Shown here in pieces: positions 48,568 through 58,680 of a stretch of 64,000 nucleotides of DNA (position 1 is its first letter; the number at the start of each line of letters is the position of its first letter). The stretch covers positions 1 to 64,000 of IMG/VR virus record IMGVR_UViG_3300029953_000012; one strand, 5' to 3'. The DNA is from a virus. Made by a program: the position numbers and the translations under genes. The notes under the pieces are model-generated. The model saw only the letters and a list, made by a program, of their open reading frames with translations, made no database searches and was not told the origin of the DNA.

Positions 48568-49377
48568 ATGAATAAAATATCGGGGATATACCAAATAATA
48601 AATACAAAAAATGGCAAATTTTACGTTGGAAGCTTAAAGGATTGTTACGCAAGAAAAGGGAGGCATTTTAGGCACTTAAAAAATAGAACTCATTATAATG
48701 ATTATTTACAAAGGTCTTTTGATAAATACGGGGAATCTTCGTTTGTATTTTTAGTCTTGGAAGAAGATATACCTGAAAATAGTTTGCTTTCTATAGAGCA
48801 ATTATATTTAGACGAAATATCTAAAGATAAACAACATTCTATGAATGCTGGTTTTATAGCTGGTAGAGTAGAAATGACAGACGAAATTAAACAAAAAATA
48901 AGAATAACAAGGATAGGGAAGAAAATGAGTGAAGTTACAAAAAAGAAACTTTCTGAATTGGGGTTGGGGGAAAAGAATCACTTTTTTGGGAAACACCATA
49001 CACAAGAATCAAAAAAGAAAATTGGTAAAAAGGGAGAAAAACATCCATTTTTTGGTAAACGTCATTCTGAAGCAAGTAAAAGAAAAATATCCAAAGCTAA
49101 TAAGGGAAGAGTCCTGTCGGTCTTGACTAGAAAAAATATATCTCTTGCTAAAAAAGGAGTTCCTCGTTCAAAAGAGGCTATAAGGAAAACACAATTAGCG
49201 ATAATGATTCCAATAAAACAATTAGACAAAATAACTGGAAATATTATTAAAATTTGGCCGTCTATGAAGGATGCATCAATATCATTAGGAATTAGCAATG
49301 GTTATACTGGCAATATTAGTAGAGCATGTTCAAAAATAAAACCATCTGCCTACGGTTTCAAATGGGAATACGCTTAA
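48568..49377 (+). mobile_element. GIY-YIG homing endonuclease with NUMOD3 repeats and a NUMOD1-like C-terminal HTH
   Basis: SGIYQI.....FYVGS, FFGKHHTQESKKKI / FFGKRHSEASKRKIS, C-terminal AYGFKWEY; antisense within the tail operon. Confidence 0.92.
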
Positions 49378-51143
49378 GGATTATTTGCCGAAAGCCGCTT
49401 TTTCCAAGTATATACGTAATTGATTTCTACGACCAATTTTCCATCTGAGTTAAACGAGTAACGAGAAGATTCTAGAAACCAGTTTAACGTTAGATTAGGA
49501 GTATTCAATTGATTTAAAAAAGTTGTCCCTCCGTACTGATATAGAGCCGTCAAGTAATTCGCCAAAGGAATCCCGTTTATAGTAGAAAAATTTCCAGATG
49601 GAAGAGCGAATTGATTACTCTGTTTTCCTAACTGAGTATTAAAACTGATGGAGATTTCCCCTTTCTCTGTTTGATAAGCGTAAGATAGGACTGATAAATT
49701 GTTTGGCCTATTTACAATTTTAAATTCATTTACAATATCCACGGGTTTTTTATTTGAAATTTTCACATCCAACACATTAAACTCCAACCCATTTACGGTA
49801 ACAAAATAAGAAGGGTTGTTTGAATATTCGAACTTACAAGACCCCCTAGTTTTTATATTGGGCCACGTAAATTCCCGTGAAACCATGTTCATTTCTGGCA
49901 ACTCCGAGTCAATAACAGAAAAATTATTAGTGTAGTAGTTACTAATAGTTGTTGGACTAATCCCGGTTGTGTTATTCATTAGTGTCTGAAAATATCCCGA
50001 ATTATTTATAATACGGTTTACTGTATAATCAAAAGTATGTGATGCCTCAATAAGATTGTAAGTTCCTATCTTAAATTCTATCAATTGGGCAGTAATTGTT
50101 CCGTCTCCAGAAAATGTTGGATTGTTGGTAAACGATGTTTCGTAAGAGGCCGACAGACTTCTAGCATCATAAGTCTTAATGGTCTTCACTGGCGTATTTA
50201 TTAGTGGGAGTAAACCAGAATTACTTATAACTAAATATTGACTATCTTGGTTAATCACGCCGCTATTATAAAATCCACTATAAATATTAACACATCTGCC
50301 ATAAGAGTTAGATAGGTAATAATCTAATGTAGTTTCTGCCACCGCGAAATTGATTTTCCCAAAGGTAGAAGTTCTCTCTGAAACTTGGATAACACCATCC
50401 GTGCCCATCTCCAGAGAGTTAGTCAGGTTATAGATTATACCAGAACCATCGAAAGGTAGTTCCTCTCTCTTACGCGAAAAGGAATATTGGTTTTTAAATA
50501 GGTCTACTGACTCAGTATAGTAGTTTCTGAATATACCAGTATTTCCTACTCCACTTATCTGGTTGACCATAGTATATAGGCCGAATGAAGTTCCAGTATC
50601 TCCAGCGAAAATCCCGCTGGCTATCTGAGCCGCCAAAGCCCTTCTTCCCGTGGCTGTATTCGTACCAGAAATACCCGTTCTAATTCCGAAAGATAAAGCA
50701 TGATTAAAGTTTCTATTTCCATCAGCATTAGTAGCAAACGAAAAATCTTCCTTGAAGTCTAGAATCGTTGTTCCAAAATTTATGAAAAAACCCGTATCCA
50801 AACCTTCATAATAATTCCCTGTTAGTTCAGGAAACATTGATACAATATTAGTTACTGGGGAATGTACTTCCACCGTAACATTAAATTTAGATGCCTTTAA
50901 AGAGTCCGACGGGAAAGCGTATGTGTTTTGTGTTTGGAATACGGTAGTATTAATATCCCCGCTATAAACTTGCAAAAATTGCTGTTGTATTTGACTTTGA
51001 ATTGTCTGAGCAGAAACCAGATAATCCGTGCTATAAATTTCAAAACTATAAACAGAGACATCCTTTAAAGCAATAGAATTAGCTAAAAATTGCCTCGAAA
51101 CTTGCACTCCCAAAGAACCCGTTACCAAGCCAGAAATATTCAT
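49374..51143 (-). CDS. Tail/baseplate protein immediately downstream of the tape measure
   Basis: Position and beta-rich composition. Confidence 0.55.
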   Translation of the reverse strand: MNISGLVTGSLGVQVSRQFLANSIALKDVSVYSFEIYSTDYLVSAQTIQSQIQQQFLQVYSGDINTTVFQTQNTYAFPSDSLKASKFNVTVEVHSPVTNIVSMFPELTGNYYEGLDTGFFINFGTTILDFKEDFSFATNADGNRNFNHALSFGIRTGISGTNTATGRRALAAQIASGIFAGDTGTSFGLYTMVNQISGVGNTGIFRNYYTESVDLFKNQYSFSRKREELPFDGSGIIYNLTNSLEMGTDGVIQVSERTSTFGKINFAVAETTLDYYLSNSYGRCVNIYSGFYNSGVINQDSQYLVISNSGLLPLINTPVKTIKTYDARSLSASYETSFTNNPTFSGDGTITAQLIEFKIGTYNLIEASHTFDYTVNRIINNSGYFQTLMNNTTGISPTTISNYYTNNFSVIDSELPEMNMVSREFTWPNIKTRGSCKFEYSNNPSYFVTVNGLEFNVLDVKISNKKPVDIVNEFKIVNRPNNLSVLSYAYQTEKGEISISFNTQLGKQSNQFALPSGNFSTINGIPLANYLTALYQYGGTTFLNQLNTPNLTLNWFLESSRYSFNSDGKLVVEINYVYTWKKRLSANNP

Positions 51144-51146
51144 ATA

Positions 51147-54100
51147 TTATTGTACCTTTGCTGGCAGCGGCTGATTACTAGTTACACTCTTAATTAAATC
51201 CAGTATCCCTGCCGCATTTGGAGTAACTGTAATATTAATTGGTGCCAAACCTTTAGACAATATCTCTGCCGCTGCCGTCATCAATTTTGCGGCTGTCATT
51301 AAATCAACTGCTCCCGTTTGCAAATTCTTAAATCCTTCCTGATTTTTCTGGAGTTCATCCTGTCTATTATCTTTCGTGGCAGTAAGATTTTGTTTATCCA
51401 AAATACTTTGTGGAGTTTGATTTCCAAATTGTTTCTGAGTAAGACTAGAAGCAGATTTTGATGCCAAGTCGTCGTTATATTTTAGATATGCCAATCCCGC
51501 ACTACTCTTAGTTAAATTGCGCTCAATCATCTGCCTCTGGGCTTCTCTGTCCTTCTGATACTTAGCCTCTAATTCTGGAGAATCTTTACCCAAGGCAGAA
51601 TAACTTTGGTTTCCTAATCCTCCTTTATAACCATATAAATAGCCGTTTCTATTAATGGTGTGTTCAGGTAAAATTCTGTTTTGGAAAATATTACTTTTTG
51701 TTTGGTTAAAATAGTTATTGGCGTCCTTATCGGTTAGGGCTTTTTCTATTCTGGCACTTTTTGAATGCATACCCGTCGCGTGTTCGTAATTTTGATTAAA
51801 TACTTCGTCGGTAGAAGTCCTATATTTGTCTCCATACTTTTTGATAAAATTCATTCTATCATCAAGTCTTTTGCCGCGAACTTCTTCTGTTTCAATTTGG
51901 GAACCGTATTGCATCCTTTCACTATTTTTATCAACCAAATATCTTCCCGCCATAGCTACATAGCTTAATGGACTCTTGCTAACCCCTAATAAGCCAAGAC
52001 CCATATTACCAATTCCTTCTGAATAGTGTCCTTGTTTAAAATCGTCATATGATTCCTTAGCAGCAAATCCGACTCCTACCGCTCCTAACGCAGTACCTCC
52101 CACTCTGGCAAATTTACCAAGTTTACCAGCGTTTTTCCATCCAGAAAGTGGGTTTAGAGAATCTGCTAATGAGCCAAATTTAAGTGAAAAAGCCTCCTTT
52201 ACTCCACTAGAGGTTGAAGAAACGTTTTTTGCTAATGAATCACGTAAAGAAACTCTTCTTGCTATTTCAGTGTCATAAGCTGTTCCACTGCCATAACGTA
52301 AAGGTTCTACTTTAAGTGATTTTCCAATTTTTTGAGATTCTTGACTATTTATGGTTGAAATTCTATCATTCAAAACTCCTTCACGAGCAGAATTTCCTAA
52401 TAATAAATTCCTAGCTCTTGTATATTCCCTTAAGGCTGTTTTTCCTCCCTTTAGAGAAGAGGTATTAACTTGACCAGCGAGTATATCATAATGTTCTGGA
52501 AGAAGACCTTTTTCTTGACCACCAAGATATGTTTGTTTAATATATTCCGGCATTCTTTCCTGACGAACCTTAAGAATCTTATCATAGGCATCCTGCATTC
52601 TTTTTTCATAAATAGCTTTATTTGACGCTAAAGTTTTAAGTTCTGCTTTGGCGTCTTCAATAGGACTAAAAGCGGTTCCTGTTGGTGCGGCAAGTTTAGA
52701 ATTCGAATTTATAGCGAAATTAGATTGTTTCTCTAATGTTGGAATACCAAAATTTCCTTTAATTTCTTGAGCTACTTTTGAGGCAGCTTTTTCTCCAGCA
52801 GCAATCGCAGACTCACCAGCTTGAGCCGTTTTAGGATTTATAATTGCTTCTTTAAGTCCTTTAAATTCTGTTACTAATTCCTTTGTGGCTTCTCCCCCTC
52901 CACGACCCTTGAACATTGCCCCAATAGATAAAATTAATGCACCCGCAGATAACATAGCCCCACCAGACGGAATGGCGTTCATTCCCAATGTTTGATACCA
53001 CTTAGCAGGGGGTGGTGTCGGAGGAGGTGTAGAATTATCTGTTCCGTTAGGAGTATATTTATTAGACTCGGCGGTTTTAGCGTCTTCTGACTTTTGAATT
53101 AAGTCCTGAAAAGTTTTAAAATTAGTACCTAGTGTTTCAAGACTATGAGAAAAAATATCCAAATCACCAGAAGCGCGTTTTACTGAGGTATCCAATGGAC
53201 TAATATCCAAACCACTTTGTCCTCCGGGTATAGGGCTATTAATATCCAAAGATGGCGTATTAACCCCCTTATACTTTCCAAAAGTTCTATCGAATGACCT
53301 TTCATCACTATTAGCAAATTGCTGTAAACCAGAACCAGCGTAAATATAATTATAAGCCGCTCTTGAACCAGCTTGAGCAGTGTCATACAAACCTCGTATT
53401 TGAGGATTATTATAATCTCTCTCGTCAGAAGGTATGAAATTAAGCAAATCTCTAGCTGCCTCACCTCGGCGTATGGTGCTGCGACTGTGAGTCATTGTAT
53501 ATTCATCTCGGCGAAGTTCTATACGAGCACTTCTAGCACCCCCACGAGCCAATTCATCAATACCTTTAATACCATCCGCTAGTTCGCTAAATCTGGCAGT
53601 CTTAATCTCAGCAAGTAAGTCATACAAAGCCTTAGTTTGTTCTTCGGCGTTCTTTTCTGCAATAGTCTTGGATTCAAGAAGGATATTACCGATATCTTCG
53701 GTTTTGCTTGAAAGTGCGCTGCTTAAAGAACTCTGTAAACCACTAAATTGAACGGGTTTAAACATCTCATTTCCCGTTTCTCCAACAGTAGCTCCAGCCC
53801 CCAAAAAGTTCTTAATAAAAGAATCTTTGTCCGTTACTCCACTGAGAATATTTTGTGGGTTTTTGGAAAACTCAGATAACCTCGAAGCAAGATATTCATT
53901 TTGTCTTTGTTTGTCTGGTAATAACGTAGCAAGACCGGAGGCGTCTGTTGAATTTGTCAAAGTTGGACGAATAAATTCTTGAGTAACCTTTTGTAGACTT
54001 TCGCTAATAGATTTTTTGCCAGCAATATTATTTAATGACGAATCTCTCTGAAATTGGTCATTTAAGTCTTGGATTTTCAACGCATAACGCTGTTGAATTG

Positions 54101-57100
54101 TTGACGAGTCAGAAGTAGTTAAAGATGATAATTCGTTTTGTTTTCCACCTTTGTAAGTAGCCAAGGAAGCGGTTCTATAAGTTGACTCCGCGCCCGCCAC
54201 ACCAGATGCTAAATTGAAATTGGATATTAATGCACCTTTGGAAATAACATTTTGAAGTTCTTGGTTGTACTTTTGGCGGATTGCCATTTCTTGAATGTTA
54301 ATTTCATTAAGAGCCTTGATATGTCTATCCCATTCGTCAACTCCAACACCTTTTGGAATTTTAAATTTATTAATCTCGTAAGAAAGTTGTTTAAATAATT
54401 GAGCGGCAGATTGGGTTCCTAAATCTGTATAGATAGGATTTTTAACCGCTTCACTCATATAAGAACTTATGTCATTATCATTCAAAGCCCCTTTCTTCAT
54501 TCTGTCCGAAAACCCTTGAGGCATTAAATCAGAGTCCATAACCCTTTGACCAATTGCTACTGCTGCTTGACTTAATGTATTCTGTTTCTCTAATATGTCT
54601 GTCGGGTTTGTTCCTCCAAAAAGACCAGTATCAGTAGCAAAAATTCCACCCGCCCTAGACTCAGCGAAACTATGACCGGCAATAGAATTATTAGCCACCA
54701 TTTGGGCTAAATTCATTCGTATTTCAGTTTCGCTCTTGTCGGCGGATTGTGTGTTGATAGCCTGACTAAGAATATTCCTCTTTTCTTCCGATGTTCCTGC
54801 TCCTTCTAGTTTTTGAACGATTTCTGCACCGCCACCTTTTCCAGAGGCATCAGGATTTATTCCCGCTAAAGCTATTAGAGATTTGGAATACTTACTCTGA
54901 AGGGATTGGTATTCATCAAGGGTGACGGCTGTATCATTTGCTGCGGCTTTTAATTTATCAAAAGAATCAAGAACGTCATTACCCGCGCTTGATAGATTTT
55001 CAGCCCTCGTACTTGCCAAATCATAGGCTCTTTCAAAAGTCCCGAATTTAGAAGCAGTAATAGATAATGCATTTGACAAAGAATTTGCCGCTACTCCAGC
55101 GGCGGTGATTACTCCCAATTTATTTGGGAAAGTTAATAATAATTGACTAGCAGTTACTATTCCATTAGAAAACTCTTCTAAACCTTTTGAAGCATCAACG
55201 GCACCAAAGTTTTTTGAAAAACTAGCCGCCTGTTCTATTGCCATGGGCGCGGCAATCATACCATATATAGAACCGCTACTTATTTTTCCAGATATTCCAG
55301 AAACTCTTTGCCTATAGTTTTGGTATTCAGCATTTTGAGCAGCTTGAACGGTCGGGTCTTTTGAAAACGAACTGTTTTTAGATTTTATAGCATCAGCTAA
55401 TTTATCTACGTCATTATATTCTTGACCATTATATTTAGTAGAACCTTCAACTTGAATATTCTTTTGAAGAATGGCAAATTGTTCGTTAGTTTTTCTAATT
55501 AACTCGATTTGTTTTTCGTATCCGAAAGAAAGGGAGTTTAATATTCCTCCCATCTTATTTCCTAAAACACCCTGTAAAGAACCTAAAATTAAAGAATCGG
55601 TAATACCGAAATTCGGAACAAATCCACCTCCCATGTTTTTAACATCTGTTTGTCCAATTGTAGCGTGTTGATTTATTGCATCCTGTGGGCTATTCTGATA
55701 AGATTTATCATATACCATGGCTCCTAATGGATTGTTGGTGGAAACGGCTTCTGGAGAAAATCCGATAGTAGCAGAAGAAGAATTTTCTCTTATTAATGCT
55801 TTTCTAACGGCTTCTCGTTCGTAAAACCACTCTAAAATTTCTTTTCCTGCCAGTCTCTTATCCCCCACAACAATTTGTGCATTTGGATTTTTTGACATTG
55901 CAAGATAACTTGATAGTTCTATATCAGAACCCAATTTAGTAGTATATCTATATGCTCCATAATTTTGATTTTTTCTTTCTGCTGAAGCTTGCAATCCCCT
56001 TTTGTTGGCATAAACTCCCCTCTTAACAATATTTTGATTTTGGGTGTCCCAAATATGATATGGTTCGCTTGGGTCTGGCATTGCTGCATTTGGAACAGAA
56101 AAACCACCAGCAGGAGTTACCGATATATTTGCACCAATTTCTTTTCCAACAGCACTTACTATATTAGCTGAGAAAGCTTGATTAACATTTCCTTCATATA
56201 CCCTTTGCATTACTCCACTAGAAAGTTCTGTTAGAGCTTGTCTTTTTAATTGTACTCCTTTAGCTCCACCAATAGAATTAGCCTCATTAAGAAGGGCGAT
56301 ATATTTTTCCATCAATCCATTATTCTGAGAAAGAACTTGTCCAATTCCCTGTTGAATCATTTTCTGTTTTTCGGCTGGTTCGTTATAACCTAATTCAGTT
56401 TTTCCAGAAGCGATAGCGAACGCCCCGAATCCTTTTGTAATTTTAGCAATCAAAGCCGCTGCTATTTGAATACCGGGACCAGAAATAATATCTCCAAGAC
56501 CTTTCGCAAAACCTTGACCAATACTTTTACTAATCTTATCCCCCGTGTCGGATTTTTCAGTAATTGAATCTAGACTGTCTGCGATTTTTTGTATTTGACT
56601 ATTAAAAGAGTCTAACTGACTTTTTGCTCCACTACCCATACTTACATTTCCTAAAGACGAAACTAGTTTTGTGAATGTTAAAACTGTGGTATTAAGTTTG
56701 GAAGCGATAGTATCATTAAGAGATACCATACGTTGTTCGATAAGACCAGTTGATTGACCGGCAGCAATTACAGCCTTGTCGTAAATAGAAAATCCATGTC
56801 CCAAATCATTTAAAGAAGCCTTTAAAATGTTAACTTGATAAACACCACCAACAGCTTCTGTGACGAATGACTTTTGAGCATAATTAAGGTTATTGTATTG
56901 AGACGCGAGATTCTTTAAAATACTAATTAAAGGAAGAACTTGTCCTGCCGCATTTTTTGTTTGCACTCCAACGGCTTCCAAATCGTTTATAACTTCTGGT
57001 CTTCCTAACCTTGTAAAAATAGACTTGAAAGCGTTACCAATAACGGCACCACCACGAGCCGTAGCGGTCTGGACAGCGGTAACTAATCCCAATAATTGAT

Positions 57101-57785
57101 TAAACTGAACTCCAGCTTCTGTTGCAGTAGAACCGACACGACCAATGGCTTTTGCCAAGTCTTGTGCGCTAACAGCAAATTTAGTATCAACGGCGGTTAA
57201 TCTGCTAACAATATCATTAGCAGAAAGTCCTTCTTTACTAAAGGCGTTAATAGCCGCCGTAATTGCATTAACGGAATCAGCAGCGTCTAATCCTGAAATT
57301 CTCATTAACTGCATGGCTGCGGTCATACGATTAGCTGTCTCGGTAGCACTAACACCGTGACGAGCAAATTCCAACGCCACCTTACTAGCTGTTTGGAATG
57401 TCTGTCCAGTTTGTGCGGCGGCTTTAAACATATTAGCCGAAAACTGGTTAAGCCCGCTAGAACCAAGTTTTAAGATTGTATTTATATTTGCTAGACTCTG
57501 TTCAACCTCAATGGTAGAAGATACCATTTTTTTGAAGGCGTTATATACCAAATAAATACTTCCTGCTGATGCTCCGAAGGCTAACACACGAGCATTAGCG
57601 GCTGACATGGACTTTTGGAAATCTGAAGATTGGCCAGTTATCTTGCCCAATGGTTGCGAAGCCGCGTTCATCCCAGCACTAATATTCTGGGATAAACTTG
57701 CTCCTATCTTTTTTGCACTTGCATTAGCTGTAGCTTCATCAAAATGAGGCACAACCAACACGCCCAATTGCATTAAATCTGCCAT
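51147..57785 (-). CDS. Tail tape measure protein, 2212 aa
   Basis: TP901-type core (EFARHG, LTAVDTKFAVSAQDLA, GAVIGNAFKSIFTRL); long helical A/G/Q/K-rich body. Confidence 0.92.
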   Translation of the reverse strand: MADLMQLGVLVVPHFDEATANASAKKIGASLSQNISAGMNAASQPLGKITGQSSDFQKSMSAANARVLAFGASAGSIYLVYNAFKKMVSSTIEVEQSLANINTILKLGSSGLNQFSANMFKAAAQTGQTFQTASKVALEFARHGVSATETANRMTAAMQLMRISGLDAADSVNAITAAINAFSKEGLSANDIVSRLTAVDTKFAVSAQDLAKAIGRVGSTATEAGVQFNQLLGLVTAVQTATARGGAVIGNAFKSIFTRLGRPEVINDLEAVGVQTKNAAGQVLPLISILKNLASQYNNLNYAQKSFVTEAVGGVYQVNILKASLNDLGHGFSIYDKAVIAAGQSTGLIEQRMVSLNDTIASKLNTTVLTFTKLVSSLGNVSMGSGAKSQLDSFNSQIQKIADSLDSITEKSDTGDKISKSIGQGFAKGLGDIISGPGIQIAAALIAKITKGFGAFAIASGKTELGYNEPAEKQKMIQQGIGQVLSQNNGLMEKYIALLNEANSIGGAKGVQLKRQALTELSSGVMQRVYEGNVNQAFSANIVSAVGKEIGANISVTPAGGFSVPNAAMPDPSEPYHIWDTQNQNIVKRGVYANKRGLQASAERKNQNYGAYRYTTKLGSDIELSSYLAMSKNPNAQIVVGDKRLAGKEILEWFYEREAVRKALIRENSSSATIGFSPEAVSTNNPLGAMVYDKSYQNSPQDAINQHATIGQTDVKNMGGGFVPNFGITDSLILGSLQGVLGNKMGGILNSLSFGYEKQIELIRKTNEQFAILQKNIQVEGSTKYNGQEYNDVDKLADAIKSKNSSFSKDPTVQAAQNAEYQNYRQRVSGISGKISSGSIYGMIAAPMAIEQAASFSKNFGAVDASKGLEEFSNGIVTASQLLLTFPNKLGVITAAGVAANSLSNALSITASKFGTFERAYDLASTRAENLSSAGNDVLDSFDKLKAAANDTAVTLDEYQSLQSKYSKSLIALAGINPDASGKGGGAEIVQKLEGAGTSEEKRNILSQAINTQSADKSETEIRMNLAQMVANNSIAGHSFAESRAGGIFATDTGLFGGTNPTDILEKQNTLSQAAVAIGQRVMDSDLMPQGFSDRMKKGALNDNDISSYMSEAVKNPIYTDLGTQSAAQLFKQLSYEINKFKIPKGVGVDEWDRHIKALNEINIQEMAIRQKYNQELQNVISKGALISNFNLASGVAGAESTYRTASLATYKGGKQNELSSLTTSDSSTIQQRYALKIQDLNDQFQRDSSLNNIAGKKSISESLQKVTQEFIRPTLTNSTDASGLATLLPDKQRQNEYLASRLSEFSKNPQNILSGVTDKDSFIKNFLGAGATVGETGNEMFKPVQFSGLQSSLSSALSSKTEDIGNILLESKTIAEKNAEEQTKALYDLLAEIKTARFSELADGIKGIDELARGGARSARIELRRDEYTMTHSRSTIRRGEAARDLLNFIPSDERDYNNPQIRGLYDTAQAGSRAAYNYIYAGSGLQQFANSDERSFDRTFGKYKGVNTPSLDINSPIPGGQSGLDISPLDTSVKRASGDLDIFSHSLETLGTNFKTFQDLIQKSEDAKTAESNKYTPNGTDNSTPPPTPPPAKWYQTLGMNAIPSGGAMLSAGALILSIGAMFKGRGGGEATKELVTEFKGLKEAIINPKTAQAGESAIAAGEKAASKVAQEIKGNFGIPTLEKQSNFAINSNSKLAAPTGTAFSPIEDAKAELKTLASNKAIYEKRMQDAYDKILKVRQERMPEYIKQTYLGGQEKGLLPEHYDILAGQVNTSSLKGGKTALREYTRARNLLLGNSAREGVLNDRISTINSQESQKIGKSLKVEPLRYGSGTAYDTEIARRVSLRDSLAKNVSSTSSGVKEAFSLKFGSLADSLNPLSGWKNAGKLGKFARVGGTALGAVGVGFAAKESYDDFKQGHYSEGIGNMGLGLLGVSKSPLSYVAMAGRYLVDKNSERMQYGSQIETEEVRGKRLDDRMNFIKKYGDKYRTSTDEVFNQNYEHATGMHSKSARIEKALTDKDANNYFNQTKSNIFQNRILPEHTINRNGYLYGYKGGLGNQSYSALGKDSPELEAKYQKDREAQRQMIERNLTKSSAGLAYLKYNDDLASKSASSLTQKQFGNQTPQSILDKQNLTATKDNRQDELQKNQEGFKNLQTGAVDLMTAAKLMTAAAEILSKGLAPINITVTPNAAGILDLIKSVTSNQPLPAKVQ

Positions 57786-57817
57786 AAACTCTTATTCCTG
57801 TGTGTTGTTACCACTAA

Positions 57818-58678
57818 TTACACAGTTTCTTGTTGATTTCTCTTACCAATATTTAAAGAATAATGAAGGTCATACCAAGCAGCTACGTCTTTGATTTTTG
57901 CATCAAGGTTCAAATCTGGAGGACTTCCCTTGGTATTTTCACGGACGTTTAGATTACGTGTGCCCAAAGAAAACAGATAACTCTGATGATGGGACATTGA
58001 AGATATGGACTTATTTAAGAACTTACTTATATCGTTTTTTACATAAGTTAATTTATTGAGAAACATTGGTAAAGATGCTATACCTTTAAGATTGTCTTCT
58101 GAAAACTTTTTGTATTGTTCGGATAAAGAAGCGCCTAATTCATTGATATTAGTAGGCTCCCATAGTTGAAAATCTTCATATGTTTTTTCAACATGTTCGG
58201 TTAATTCTGAATCCTTGTAAAAGGACAGGTAAATTACATAATCATTTACGTCATCATCAATTAAGTCTTCGATATTCCTTCCCAGAACCTGCTTTCTCTC
58301 AAATAAGATTTCTGAAAGTTGTTTTTTTCTTTCGTTGATGATTTTTTCAATAATAGGACGCTGTTGGTAAATAAGATTGGGAAGATTTCTCTCGTTATCT
58401 GAAATTTCGTATTTTAATTGAAGGATTTGTTCTTCTTTATCTTTAGACCACTCCTCATTATCAATGGCTGTTTTTAGTAAGTAGGATTCGTGAGGAACAC
58501 CTTCTTTTTCGTAATAATAGAATAGTTCAGTTCTTTTTTTTAAAATTGAATGGCTGTCTTTATCCGAAAAGTGTTTGATGTATAAAGAAGACTTAGGGTC
58601 ATAACTAAAACCATCAAGAATTTCAAAATAAATTAATTTTAAAACGTCAATTTCTGAGATATTGATGACCTGAGACAC
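57818..58678 (-). CDS. Putative tail assembly chaperone 2
   Basis: Charged helical protein directly upstream of the tape measure. Confidence 0.5.
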   Translation of the reverse strand: MSQVINISEIDVLKLIYFEILDGFSYDPKSSLYIKHFSDKDSHSILKKRTELFYYYEKEGVPHESYLLKTAIDNEEWSKDKEEQILQLKYEISDNERNLPNLIYQQRPIIEKIINERKKQLSEILFERKQVLGRNIEDLIDDDVNDYVIYLSFYKDSELTEHVEKTYEDFQLWEPTNINELGASLSEQYKKFSEDNLKGIASLPMFLNKLTYVKNDISKFLNKSISSMSHHQSYLFSLGTRNLNVRENTKGSPPDLNLDAKIKDVAAWYDLHYSLNIGKRNQQETV

Positions 58679-58680
58679 AT

